Origin: the human T2T-CHM13v2.0 reference genome, Homo sapiens
Assembly: GCF_009914755.1 (NCBI RefSeq)
Contig: NC_060938.1
Reading direction: 5' to 3' (one strand)
Length of the DNA: 64,000 nt
Part shown: positions 33,190-51,943 of the stretch, piece after piece
Numbering within the stretch: position 1 is the first letter of the stretch
Layout of the letters: each line of letters opens with the position of its first letter
Notes under the pieces: model-generated
The model's input: only the letters and a program-made list of their open reading frames with translations
The model's database searches: none
What the model was told of the DNA's origin: nothing
Made by a program: the position numbers and the translations under genes

Positions 33190-33612
33190 TGACCCTCCCT
33201 GTATCCAGGCCCTTTGCAATGACTTTGACACCTCCGCCAAGGGGTAAAGTTTATTTTCTTACCCCTTGAATGTTAGCTGGCCTTGGGTCTTGTTTTGGCC
33301 AACAAACTGTAGAGACACAAACGGGCCTCCAGAGGCCTTGGAAACATCCACTGTTAGTGTCAGGAACAAGCCCAGCAGCCTGAGGAAAGCCAAGAAGGAG
33401 GCCAGGTCATGCCCAGCGCCTTCGGTTAGCCAAAGGTCAAGCCCCAGGGCAGAGACCCCTTACCAGACTGCAAGCTGACCACACACACGCAAGGGATTCC
33501 TAGCAAGACCAGAGCTACGCAGCAAAGCCCACAGAACTGTGGGATGAAAAAATGCTTATTGCTTAAAGCCAGTAGTTTTTAGGATGGGTTGTTATGCATC
33601 AATAACTGATAA
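33190..33612 (+). mobile_element. Old MLT1 (MaLR) LTR
   Basis: ccccttgaatgttagctggccttgggtcttgttttggccaac and the end aatgcttattgcttaaagcca...ttgttatgcatcaataactgata. Confidence 0.6.
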
Positions 33613-33719
33613 AAACTTTTACCTACACGTAACGGAATCAGAAAGGGAAGGAAGACATTTATATTCACAAAGATGCCCAATGCAGCTGTACCTACAACAG
33701 CAAGAAAATGGGAAAAATC

Positions 33720-34571
<852 letters not shown>

Positions 34572-34725
34572 CTAAACCAGAAGCAATGGGTCCCAAACTC
34601 ATTTCCCAGAGCCTTTGAGCTGAGGGCCCTCAAATAGAGACCATGGTGCAGGGCCGCACAGCTCAGCGGCAAAGCAGGGGTCTGAGCGCTGGTCCCAGCT
34701 TCTGCCACCTTGTGCAGCACCGAAA

Positions 34726-35818
34726 GGCCCATGAAGCTACTTCAGGGCTGTCCACACGGCCGCAACCAAGGCAGGGCAGAACGGCTTCCCTTCCCGAGCT
34801 TCCCTCCAGCACTCCCATGCAGCCGCCTCTGAAAATTCTGGAACACCAAGCAGAGGCACCCACAGCAGTTAAGCAGGCCCGGGGCAAGGGGCTCTGAGCA
34901 GGCCTTGCCCTCACCTGCCCCACTCGTTTCAGAAAGGAACCATAAGGGACCCATACTCTAACCAGGGCCTGTCACCCTGCACTTCTCCCAACCTCCAGCC
35001 CAGCCCCTTTGCCCGGGGCCCTCGGAACTGGGGCCCTGATATATGGAACATCCTGGGTTTGTGGCCACCAGCCACTCACCGTTCATTTCCTCTCCCCTTC
35101 CGGGTGGAAATAGTCCAGCATGTCCTCCCCGCAGTTCCACCAGGCCTGCTCAGCTGTGGGGGGCCAGGGTCTGGCTTAGTATATCGGAGCGGAGTGTCCT
35201 GGACAGGAGTGGCCCTCCCCAGACCAACACTCCCCTCCAGCTCCGACAACCCCCAGCCACTAGTTCACAGCTGCTCCAGGCTCTCAGAATTCCCAGGATC
35301 CAGCAAAAAGACACCTTCTCAACCCTCCCCAAGCAGGACAGGGTCAAACAGCAACAGGCTAATTGTGTTTACATAACACGAGATTGTTTAGCTCCAGAAC
35401 ACATCAGTGTCAAAACACCAAGGTTCTGCACAGCGACAGCGACAGTGGGGCAGGAAAGATGTCATCCTTCTCCAGGAACTCAGGCAGCATTTCCCAAGGC
35501 CCGGAAAAACCCCAGCCCACAAATAGGACATCAGCCCTCCAGTATGTCCACCCACCCAGCTGGCTGCTGGGCGCAGCCAGGACTCTCAGAATCTGCCTGT
35601 GTCGGGCTGGCCGTGGGAATAAGCCAGATTCAGGTTTAACTGAGGCACAAGGTGGGGTCCAGGAAGCCGCTTCGGGGCTGCCCATGCAGCCACAGCCACA
35701 GGGAGGCCCCGAGCAGCCTCCCTTCCGGAGCTTCCCACCAGCACTCCCACCCAGCTGCCTCCGAGAATTCTGGAACCCCAAGCAGAGGTGCCCAGCACAG
35801 GGTAGGCCAGCCTGGGGC
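34726..35818. repeat. Diverged direct duplication (copy A 34726-34885; copy B 35656-35818)
   Basis: Nearly ungapped alignment of ~140-160 bp at roughly three-quarters identity by eye. Confidence 0.85.
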
Positions 35819-36259
35819 TCAGACTTGTGGGGGTAGGTACTCTCCACTCCCTTCTTGGGAACAACGTCCTAGCCCTGGACTCTGTGTGCGAACCCTCAGG
35901 CCCCCGTCCAAGTCTTTGCAAGCTGGGTCCAGAGCTGGAAGCTGAGGGAGAGCAGCCCCCAGCCTCACTCTGGCCAGCCACTGAAGCCCAGAAACAGGGA
36001 GCACGTCCACTCCCACCTCAGCTGCCAAACATCCCTCCCCTGCCTCTGGGAAACAGTGCCCCTGCAGCATCCTTTTGGGGATCCACCCTGCCCACACTCA
36101 GGCCATGTAGAAGGGAATGAGGCGCTGCATTCCCCAGCCCCAGAGACTGGTTCAGAGACAGGTATGTGGCCCAGGATGACAAATCAGAGGCCAACAGAAG
36201 GAATCCCTGTCCCTGTGGACCTGGAGCATGAGGGATGGGGGACCCTGGAGCCAACCCAA

Positions 36260-36420
36260 CCAGCTCTGAATCCCAGCTCTGCCCCTACCAGCTGTGTGAC
36301 CCCAGGCAAGTTACTTAGCCCTTCTATGAGAAACAGGAATGCTAAAACCACCACCCTCCCAGGGCTGTTAATGCGGATCAAATGAGATCACACACCTAAG
36401 GAACGCCACAGTGCCTGGCT
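36260..36420. mobile_element. MIR (one of many; others near 1440-1600, 9100-9250, 9755-9850, 18440-18550, 31340-31440, 46000-46150, 56680-56780)
   Basis: gaatcccagctctgcccctaccagctgtgtgaccccaggcaagttacttagcc...ggatcaaatgagat is the MIR core. Confidence 0.8.
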
Positions 36421-36503
36421 GAGAATAAGGATTGAGGGTGAGGACTCACCTTGCACCACATGGGCCTGAGAATGAAGCCAATGTAAAAGAGACCAGGGAA
36501 GCA

Positions 36504-36551
36504 GGGAGGGGGCCGGGGGGAGAGAGGAGGGAGAGAGAGAGAGAGAGAGAC

Positions 36552-36582
<31 letters not shown>
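36504..36582. repeat. (GA)n/(GACA)n microsatellite
   Basis: Direct reading. Confidence 0.92.
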
Positions 36583-36583
<1 letters not shown>

Positions 36584-37559
36584 CAGGCCCTATTGGACTG
36601 TCGCCTGAGTCTACCTACACCTGAAGCCAGAATGCCCCAAGGATCTGACTCAGGAACCAATACATCCCCTTTATTACCGAACCCGCTCAGCACTGAGGCT
36701 CCTGTCAGAACCCATCCACCCCTGTGGCTCTAGGAATCAGCCATACAATCGACTTACTGCTCAGATCATTAGCTGACGAGACCCCAATGACTCATCACAT
36801 CTGTTGGTTAATTGAGAGTGAGAGGACTGGAGCACACAGCAATGGAAACAGATTTGCAGCCATGTGGCCCACTCCATAGGTCTCACTGTCCAGGGGGTCC
36901 CAGCCTGAAGCACATGCAGAAGCACTCACAGAACTGCCCACGTCCCAGATGGCTGCGTCAGGGAAGGGGCACCCACTCACTCCCCCATCCTTCCCAGGAG
37001 AGCATCCCAAATCCAAAGAATTGGTTCCTGTCACATTCCCAGCAAGGTTAGGAGAGACCACAGGGCCCATCAACAAAAATAACTCATCCTGGCCGGGATG
37101 GGGTCCACCAATCATGGCCCAGAACAGAACACACCCTCGCCTCTTCACACTCCTAGAGGTTCCCTGGAGGCCACAGGTGTACTTCTGGGCTGCGAAGCTG
37201 TCAGCCCAAAGCTCTACATGTGTGACCCTGCAAGGCCAGCCACTCTGAGCTGCAAACCCTTACACGCAAAGGCCTCTTCTGGCTCAAAGGTTTTCAAAAG
37301 TTACTCCTCTAAGATCGTGAATCTCTGTACCTCTGGACTCTGTGGAGGTTTACTCTGATACCACCTGACACAGGTGAGTAAGGGGCCACTTTCCCCCTTC
37401 TTCCTTCCAGAGATGGCCTCTGCCCTGCACAGAAGGGAAGTTTGCATGTGCTGACCCCCTCCTATGCATGAGCACAAGGTCACCTCTTACTGACAAGGAA
37501 ATTAAGGCCCAGAGAGGAGCTGAAACACACCCACAGTCATCCACCTAGTAAGAAGCCGA

Positions 37560-40466
<2,907 letters not shown>

Positions 40467-41515
40467 GAACAGAACTCCTTGATTTTCCTGACATCGATCG
40501 ACGGCAGCTGGATGCTGTGTTGAAGACAAAGGCAACCTGGCGGAGTGGAAACAGCATGGTTTCAGGAGTCACCCATCCCTGAGGGTGAATCCAAGCTGTG
40601 CTGCTCACAGCACCTGGCCTCTCCCTGAGTCTCAGGGCCCTCATCTAGCAAATGGAGACCCCTCAGCCATCCTGGAGGGTAGTTATCCCATCTGCAATAG
40701 TGCCTGACCCCCATGGTAGGTTCTCAGGATCCTCTGAGATCTGGCATGAGCCATGAATGTACAAGGGGGCAGAGAGGAAGCAACACAGCCCTGCCAAAGC
40801 ACAGCAGGCCGCCTGAACAAACCCAGAGTCCCAGTTTCTGGCTTGGGCTCCAAGAGCGCCCAGAGTGACCCCAGGCTAATAAGAATGGTTGCTGAGGAGT
40901 CCATGGGTTTGCAGCGTAAACTGCTGAGGAAAACGCCACAAGTGTCTATCTGGCCAGATCGGTCCCAGGAATGTCTCTTGTGCAAAACTAGCTCCTTTCT
41001 ATACACTCCGGGCAAACCAGCAGCCAGAGGCAAGAAATCTGAAAAGGCTTCTTTTGAGAAGGAATTTGGCAAAAGGTAGCAACAGCAGGTAGAACTGGGC
41101 TGGGCTGACGACCTGGTGCCCCTGCCATGTCTCCCTCCTGCATGAGGGGGCTCCAGTGAGGCCTCAGGTGAACGGTGCCAGACTGGAGATTCCCACAGTG
41201 AGCTCAGGGTACAGAGACCCAGGAGCCAGCCTGGGAACCTCTGGCTCCAGCAAACCTCCTGGAGGGGACCTGCCCCTGAGAAGTCTGAAACACACTGCTT
41301 CAGCCTTGGCTAACTCGGTGCTTCCCCACGCCTGACAGTTTTGGGGTAAGGTCTTCTGAGGCACTTCATGAAATGACAGTGAGTAGTTTCCCATAAAAAT
41401 CATCAGGGTACTTCACAAGGAGCTCCCCAGCCCCCTTCCCAGGAGAATCTTCATCTCACAGGGAAGGGAGACTTCAGGATGTGTACTTCTCCCTTCTCCC
41501 CAGTGCCCCTGGAGC

Positions 41516-43313
<1,798 letters not shown>

Positions 43314-44723
43314 TAAAGCTGCCAAAATCTCTACCTTCATAGAACCAACTACTTAAAAACAAGACAGACTTAAAATAAGCAGGACAATGAGCAAGTCAGA
43401 GAGGAAGAACAGGCCCAGTGGTGGGGGCCTAAGTATCAGTGAAGATTCTGACGGCGAGAGAGGTTTGGAACGAAGACATCTCCCTGAAGCTGTCTGGGAG
43501 GGCCTTTGGCCTGTGGGTCCCGATTCACCCTCTGGGGCAGCTGAGTCTGCAGGTGGCCTCTGCCACAGGTGTGCCCTGGAACATCATGAGCAATTAACAG
43601 GGTGGGGCACCCAGCACTCAAGGGCCTGGAGGGGTGGGGGGATGCGGAGCGGGGTCTGGAGTCTGGAGCTCCCTTGTGAGAGTGATTCTTGACGCTCCAC
43701 GGCTCCACGGGATCTCTGACACGAATCTCAGATCCACCCCACCGAACCCTAAAAATGGCTGTGGGAGCACTCCCAGGGGCCATCCAGAGGATGGGCCTAC
43801 AGAAACCAGCCCATGAGGCTCTGCTGGGGAGATGCAGGCCACAAGGGCAGCTGCTTTCTGAGCAGGCTCAGAGCAGCAAGACGAAGCCCCAGAAAGACTC
43901 AAAGGGCCCCACAGGTATGGCCTGGCCACTCTAATACACACCGTGGGCCGCAGCCGGGAGGAAAGGCCTGTTCACAAGGAGGCTTTGGCCAGTGGTGAGT
44001 GGGGAGCACTCGGCTTGGAGCGAGGCAAGTTCCCCTCCCACATTTCCACTGTGTGACCATGGGCCAGTTCTCGGGAGTCCCACACCCTCTCCAGAGCAAG
44101 GCCACACACACCCGGGCCGGCTCCCCAAGGGCCACCAGAGTGGGAGAGGCTGGGCTGGGCCCAATTCATGCAGGATGGGGAAGGTGTTTAAGACAGTGAC
44201 TTTGCGAGGGAAAGAAGGAGGTGCACAGCTCTTGAATGCTTTGCTTCCTAAAATGAATGCTACTTTTTAAAAGGGAAGTGCCATAGTATTCTCTCAAATG
44301 TAGCTTTCCAGCTGAATTCAAAATGAGTGGGAACTGAAACCCTATTTACATCCAGCTGTTCAGGAACTGTGCTCATGGGGCACTTGACTTTAAGTATTTA
44401 CTGAATGTCCCAAACCTGCTAAACCATGTGGGAGAAATAACCGGTAAAGGCAGGATGGCCCAGTGGTTAGAAACATTGATGCCCATCCTGCCATGCAGGT
44501 GCACCCAGCTCTTCCAGGTGCCTGCAGTCAGCCCCCAGCAACCTAAACTCCTCAATCTCACTATCTCACTAGGTGAAATATGAATCCAGAGGACCATCTC
44601 ACCCACAGATTTGTCCCGGCCCTGAGCGCAGGAGGGTGCGCAGCACAGGCTCTCCCATTCACTGTCATTGGGACTGACATATTGAAATTTCTTTGTGAGC
44701 AGTTTCAGAACATGTATGAAAAA

Positions 44724-45020
44724 GCTGGGCGTAGTGGCTCACACCTGTAATCCCAGCACTTTGGGAGGCCGAGGTGGGCAGATCAATTGAGGCCAGGAGT
44801 TCGAAACCAACCTGGCCAAGATGGCGAAACCCAGTCTCTACTAAAAATAGAAAAATTAGCCAGGTGTGGTGGTGCATGACTGTAGTTCCAGCTACTCGGG
44901 AGGCTAAGACAGGAGAATCACTTGAACCCAGGAGGCGGAGGTTGCGGTGAGCCAAGATCGTGCCACTGCACTCCAGTCTAGGCGACAGAGGGAGACTCTG
45001 TCTCACACATACACACAAAA
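44724..45020 (+). mobile_element. Alu inserted in an old L1M-like fragment (~44660-45490)
   Basis: The Alu is clear. The flanks have L1M-like phrases (tgacccagc...ctagcaatgtacaccca). Confidence 0.7.
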
Positions 45021-46964
45021 AGTATGAAAAAGTAAAATGCCTGTGCCCTCTGACCCAGCCCTCCTCATCTAGCAATGTACACCCAGGCAAGGGGACGGGG
45101 TATTGTCATGCTGCCCATACCAGCAGAAACCAACACCAGCGGAAGAAACATGTTCCATCCTTTTAAGAACTGGACCACACAGCTGTTTAAAAAAAAAGAG
45201 GTAATGATACAAAACTTTCTCCAAATGAAGCAGCGATGTGGAGTTTCTCCAAGACACACAGTCCCATGCAATGTGCAAGAGCACAACAGTAATACATATG
45301 GAGAGACCTACACGTGCACGCGCCCCTGAGTGTGCATAAACACCTATAGAGACAGACTGCCCCAGGGAACTGGAACTCAGCAATGAGAAGCGAACAGGGC
45401 TGACGTTTCATTGTATACTTTGAGTCCTCTGAATTTTTTTTAATATGTGCATGTCTTAAATATTCAAAAAGATACAGAAAACAATAAATGTTAGCTAGTA
45501 ATAGTAACAAGATTACCAGTGGAGACTTGGCATTTTCAGGAAATCCAGAACAAACTCTTCTCAATCTCCAAACTTAAAAAAATACAAGTAGCATCTTAAC
45601 ATAAATTTCTCAGCTTCCCCATCCATAAAGTAGGTGGGGACAGCACCTCCACCTCCTGGGGGGCTGTAATATTCAGATGGGCCATGTGCTGAAGGAGAAC
45701 AGAACCCCGCTGTGATGCTGAAAGGCCACCAGGCAAGCCTGGGCCCCCTCCTTAGCTATGCCCACTGAACAGTTTCAAATCCTCAAACCCACATCCCTGC
45801 AAGATGATCAGTTCAGCCATCGTGGCCTTCAGGGTGACTTGCAAACTGCCAAAACCAAGAACACTAAATCTACAAAGGCCAAAGGTCCCTGAATAGAGAG
45901 GCATCCATGGGCAGAGACCCACTCACTCACTCCACAGGGACGACGACAGCAGCGGCCGCCGCCACTGACAGAATTCCAGGCACTATCCTGGACCCTTTAG
46001 CAAATTCCCTCATTTGATGCTCGCAACCCTAAGCTAAATTATTACCCTCACAGATGAGGAAAGTGAGGCACAGAGGGGTAGGGAATGTGTCGAGGGTCAT
46101 GGGGCACATAGGCAGTCAGTCGTGGAGTCAGGCCTGAAACTGAGGCAGTCCCTTCAATAGATCCATGTGCACACGGACGCTTCCTCCTATGTGAAGTTCT
46201 GTTTGCTCCCCAGGAGGCTGGTAGAAAGTGTTCATTTGCAAGGCTGGGTTATGAATACTCCCTGTGCACTGCTGCAAAGAAAACCTAAGTCAGCACCTCT
46301 TCCCACCTCTGCACCCCCGAAATGGTGGCAAATCCAGACATTAAAACAAATAAAAAAATACCCACCCACAGACCAGCATCACTTAATCCTGGAAAAGATC
46401 CTCCTTCCTCCCTGCAGAGAATCTCCCGAAAGAATTCCAGACCAGAATGCTAAGCCATCCCTGTAGAAAAGGACCTTGGAGATGGCCCTATTTTAAAGGA
46501 ACAAATGTAGGGCCCAAGGGGAAGGGACAGGCCCGGTGGCATGCTACACTCTCACTGGCACGCCTCCCAAGCCAGTTTACTGTTGACACCAAACTCCCAG
46601 ACCCATGAGAGCAGATGCAGGCCTGGGCTACCTACCAAGGGTGGTCATAAACGTGAACATTAATGAACTCCTCAGTCCCTTCTAAGGTATTGGGACAAAA
46701 GGGTCCCTGGTGGGATACCAAGGTCTGAGACTGCTCCAGAAACACGTTTCTTGCAAGCCAAGTCAGCCCAGCTGGCCTCCAAGTCTCTGGAGGATGAGAA
46801 ACTCACAGACATTCTTGTGCTTCTGTAGCCTCCTGGAAGCCCCAGCCTAACCTGGGCAAATAAACAAGGGAAGCCACATTCTCAGCGCAAAGGCCTCAGG
46901 AGTGGACTCAAGAAAGCCCTCTAGCTGGCTGTGCAGGTCCTATAGACTCCCGGAGCCTCTGTTT

Positions 46965-47055
46965 CCTCATCCCTCCATCCCAACGAGGGATGTCCTCATC
47001 CCTCATCCCTCATCCCTCCATCCCTCATCCCTCCATCCCTCATCCCTCCATCCCT
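46965..47055. repeat. (CATCCCT/CATCCCTC)n tandem repeat inside a MIR
   Basis: Eight contiguous units at 46997-47055, flanked by the MIR motifs gcctctgtttcctcatc and ggattaaatgagat. Confidence 0.88.
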
Positions 47056-47439
47056 GGGCTGCTGGAAGGATTAAATGAGATGAGGTCCCTGGAAGCACTT
47101 CATTAAAAATCAGCAATTATTACAGTAAAGACAGATAAGGTTCACCCAAATTTTATATGGAAAGCTTCACCAAGTCATGTGCCTCTTCCGCCCCCACCTC
47201 CTGCAACGTAGGTTCAGCCACAGAAAGAATGGGACAGAGAGGAGGAGAGGAGGAGGCACAGAAAACATGAGCTGAGGAAACTGGGGCCAGCCAGTATTCC
47301 CCAGTGAGGCACTGTACAGAACTACAAAATTTAAAATTAAATTAATATCACCCAGTATTTCCAACTAACAGCTTTAATTTCTTCACTCCCCCTCTGAAGC
47401 CCCTTCTGAGCATCTAGAAAAAGCCACAAAGGCCAGGAA

Positions 47440-48730
<1,291 letters not shown>

Positions 48731-48976
48731 AAAGCAGGGCCATTTTCAAATACCTTTAGACTTTTTCATTAGGGAATTCATAGACAATTCATCACCCGTC
48801 GTCAGTACAGAAGCCCTGCGCCCCCAGATTCTGAATGTGGAAAACATGATAATGTCCTTTGCACTGTCTCTCAGCCACTAAAGTCTCATTGGCCCTCACA
48901 CCAAACAAAACAACCTCACGGGGCTCCCTGGTCACTGGCTCAACAGTTGCAGCATTTTGCAGCCAGTATAGAAATG

Positions 48977-48995
48977 TGGCCACCAGGGGGCACTG
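48977..48995 (+). promoter_or_regulatory. CTCF motif
   Basis: TGGCCACCAGGGGGCACTG is a near-consensus CTCF core. Confidence 0.75.
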
Positions 48996-50987
48996 CCCTG
49001 AAAGTAATAAATAAGAAACGGAAAAACTCTTTGGTGTTTTCTTTTCCTTCTTAGGCTTAAGTGATAAAATATCTAAAGCTTCCCTAGTGAAAACACAAAG
49101 TGGGCTTCCTCGGGTTCTAGAATGGCCCTGATGACTTCTGCCTTCTTTGAAGCCAATATTTTGGCCAAAGGAAGGCAACTAGACTTTGAAGACAACAACT
49201 CTTTCAGAGAAAGTAATGCTCTACTCCCCAGAACGTTGATAGCATAGCTTGCTCTGAACCTCCCACCCCTTTAAAGGAAGAATGTCTACAAGGTCAAGCC
49301 AATCTGCAGGTCCAGCACGAGGACCTAGTTGTGAGTCTCGGCGAAGAATATTTTGCGAGAGCCTCCTAATTACCAAGCAAAACAAGCCAACCCAATGACA
49401 AGCCTCAAGCTTGAGTTGCAGACACAAGATGACATAAATACAGACAGCAGTACAAAGGGTGCGAGGTATTCGCTGGGATTTCCCAAGTCTTACATGACTG
49501 CAGGGGGAGCTCCGGTGCCTCACATCAGAACTGGACTTCGAGAACATGCCAAAGCAGCTGCTCCAAATTTCTTTAGTGTCTTAGAATGCCCTTCCCACAA
49601 GTGAGTGTATCCGCGGTACAACGTTCAAGTACCCTTTTGTAATGTTCCAAGGGTCCTAAGACTCATTTTCAAAGCTCTGGCTTCGAGCTCCTCCTGATTT
49701 CTTCATGAATTGCTGGGGCCACTCTGCATGCCCTATTGATCATGAAGAGCCTGTCTTCTAGGGAAACCGGCCTGGGAGAAGGCAGCCAACCCCATCCCCA
49801 GACCAAGGGATAAAGAACCAGGCACTATCCTGTACAAGCTGTGCCCCTCTGGCTGCAGGAAGAGCGCCTGCGGGGCTTGCACGGGGCAAAGGAGCAGCAG
49901 GCCCTTGGGAAAGGCATGAGGCACACAGAGGTGCTGCCAGGCTCACCTGCGCATGCCAGCTCAGACCAGCCACGGGCCCCCAGGAGCACCAGGGGTTACG
50001 GAAACCCAACTGTTCAATTCTCCAAGATGTGTGGGGCCCCCACAGGGACAAAAATGCAAGTAGAGCCCATTTTCAAAAATCAGTCTAACAAGCTGCATCA
50101 CAAAAGGTTTCCACCTGGAGTTTGCAAAAGGCTTTCAGAGCTAGATTCTCTTAGGCTTGCATTGAGAAAAGGGCTTAACTGCTTCTCAGAGGCAAAGCTA
50201 CAGTTGTGGAGCAAGGGAAGGCCTACCTGACCCAAGACTCAGTAGTTCTGTAATTTATTAAGAACGTGATCTGTTAAACACCGGAGACTCCGCCAAGGAG
50301 CACCAGCATGGTGGGAGCAGGGGCACACAGCCCAGATGGCAGAAGGCCACTCCACACCACGGGCATTTACCCAGCACTTTCTACGCACCAGCCACTCCCT
50401 AGCTGCGGGACCCCAAGCTAGGTACCCCGCTCCTCTGCCGATCGGTCCCCGTTCTCAGACAGGTGGCCCAGAATCACCACCCTGGCCAATTTGCAGGGCT
50501 GCTGCGAGGCTCTAATGAGACAGCAAATCACCACATACATGCCAAGAATTGCTACTCGCTTCAACTGGGCTTAACCTCATGATATGCAATGACAGCCTCA
50601 AGAGCCGAGCACACGCGGGGCACATAGTAGGTGGTCCACAAACGTGGGTGCCCTTTCTTCATGAAAGGGAAGGGGACGAAGGAAGAAAAACACTCCGGTC
50701 CAAAAGTACCCTCAAGCCCTTACCCCACAGCGTGGATGCCCCGATTTCCCAGGTCCCTCCGCAACCCTCAGTAGCACTCCCACCGCGCCCTGGGCTGCTG
50801 GGGGCCTCCCCAGCCGGGTCACAGTGCACCTGAACGCCCCGGTCCGTGCCACCTCGCCCGCACCGGCCACCGCTTCCCTGGAACGCGGCCGGCGGCCGCC
50901 ACCGCCACCTGGCTGCTCGGACTCAGTCTCCCCGCGCGCCGCTTCTTCCCGTTTGGCTCCGATCTCCCAAAACAACTAATGAGGCTG

Positions 50988-51037
50988 CACCGGGCTCGGG
51001 CCGGGGGTCACCGGGCTCGGGCCGGGGGTCCCCGGGC
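50988..51037. repeat. 21-bp tandem repeat (CACCGGGCTCGGGCCGGGGGT)x2.4
   Basis: Two perfect units (50988-51008, 51009-51029) plus a partial third. Confidence 0.92.
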
Positions 51038-51060
51038 GCCGGCGCCGCGTCCCTCCTTAC

Positions 51061-51155
51061 CTGCACAGCTCGGCGAAGGCCTGGAAATTCAGCTTCTTGA
51101 TTTTCTTCTCGCTCAGCCAGTAGCCAACTCTCTTCCCTTTCAGAAAGGTCTGCAT
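51061..51155 (-). CDS. ITPK1: ITPK1 first coding exon (exon 2), codons 1-31 plus 2 nt
   Basis: Translates to MQTFLKGKRVGYWLSEKKIKKLNFQAFAELC(R), recognised as the human ITPK1 N-terminus. The ATG is in the context AAGATGC (A at -3). The exon ends at a canonical donor, AG|gtaagg (51060-51055). Confidence 0.97.
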
Positions 51156-51297
51156 CTTCCTCCTCGGGCGGGGAGCCTGGGTCCGGAGGAAATCGCCCAC
51201 AGGCCGAGTCTGGCGGCCGGCGCGCGCCGCGAGCGAGTGGGCACCTCCTCCCGGCGGCGGGGACGCGGAACGGGGATCGGAGCTGGGGCGCGCAGTC
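51156..51297 (-). other. ITPK1: 5' UTR portion of ITPK1 exon 2
   Basis: Candidate acceptor ccgctccgctccgcgcggcag|GACTG at 51298/51297. The pyrimidine tract is C-rich and weak, so the exact boundary is inferred. Confidence 0.6.
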
Positions 51298-51763
51298 CTG
51301 CCGCGCGGAGCGGAGCGGGGCGGGGCGCGGCGGGCGGCCGGGAGGAGGGAGCGGCGCTCAGCGCGGAAGGCCACTGGCTGGGCCAAGCTGCCACCGCCCA
51401 CGCCCCCGCCGCCTGCGGGCTCGCCCGCCCGCCCACCGGCTCGCGAGCGCCGCGCCGCCCGGCCTGCCGGCTGAGGCTGGGGCACGGCTGAGCCTGAGTC
51501 TGAGTCGGAGCTGGGGCCAGGGCCCGCAGGAGGGGAAGCCGGGCCTCCGCAGACACCGCCCCCGCCCTGCCCGCCCTCCCGCCGCGCGGGCCCGAGCCAC
51601 ACGCCCTCAGGCGGCGGCAGAAGCGCGGCCTCCGAGCCCTTCCTCCCTCCTCCTCCCGCCCGGGTCCTCGCCCTCTGATGTTCCCAGCCGGGCCGTAACC
51701 CCTGGGCGCGCTTGGACCCCGGCGGGGCGCACGCGGCCACTCGGCCCGGCCAGAGATCCTCAC

Positions 51764-51920
51764 CCGCCGCCGCCGCCGCCACTTCCTCCTCGGCCTGGTC
51801 CTCGCGCGCTGCCCGCCGAGAAGGGCGGCGGCGAGCGCCCGCGCACTCGCCGCCCCTGCCCGCCGCCGCCCCGCGCTGGCCCGGCCGCCCCGCTTGAGCC
51901 CGCGGCGGCGAGGAAGCGGC
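51764..51920 (-). other. ITPK1: ITPK1 non-coding exon 1
   Basis: Strong donor GGCGG|gtgagg at 51764/51763, preceded by a (GGC)5 run, inside the CpG island. The 5' end is approximate and inferred from the promoter motifs just upstream. Confidence 0.7.
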
Positions 51921-51924
51921 GGGG

Positions 51925-51943
51925 CGGCCGCCAGGGGGCAGCG
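51925..51943 (+). promoter_or_regulatory. CTCF motif in promoter
   Basis: CGGCCGCCAGGGGGCAGCG matches the CTCF core, but the GC-rich background raises the chance-match rate. Confidence 0.55.

Noticed and set aside
33239-33267. 9-bp hairpin AAGGGGTAA...TTACCCCTT in the MLT1 LTR
   Set aside because: Short enough to arise by chance and partly present in the ancestral LTR as I recall it.
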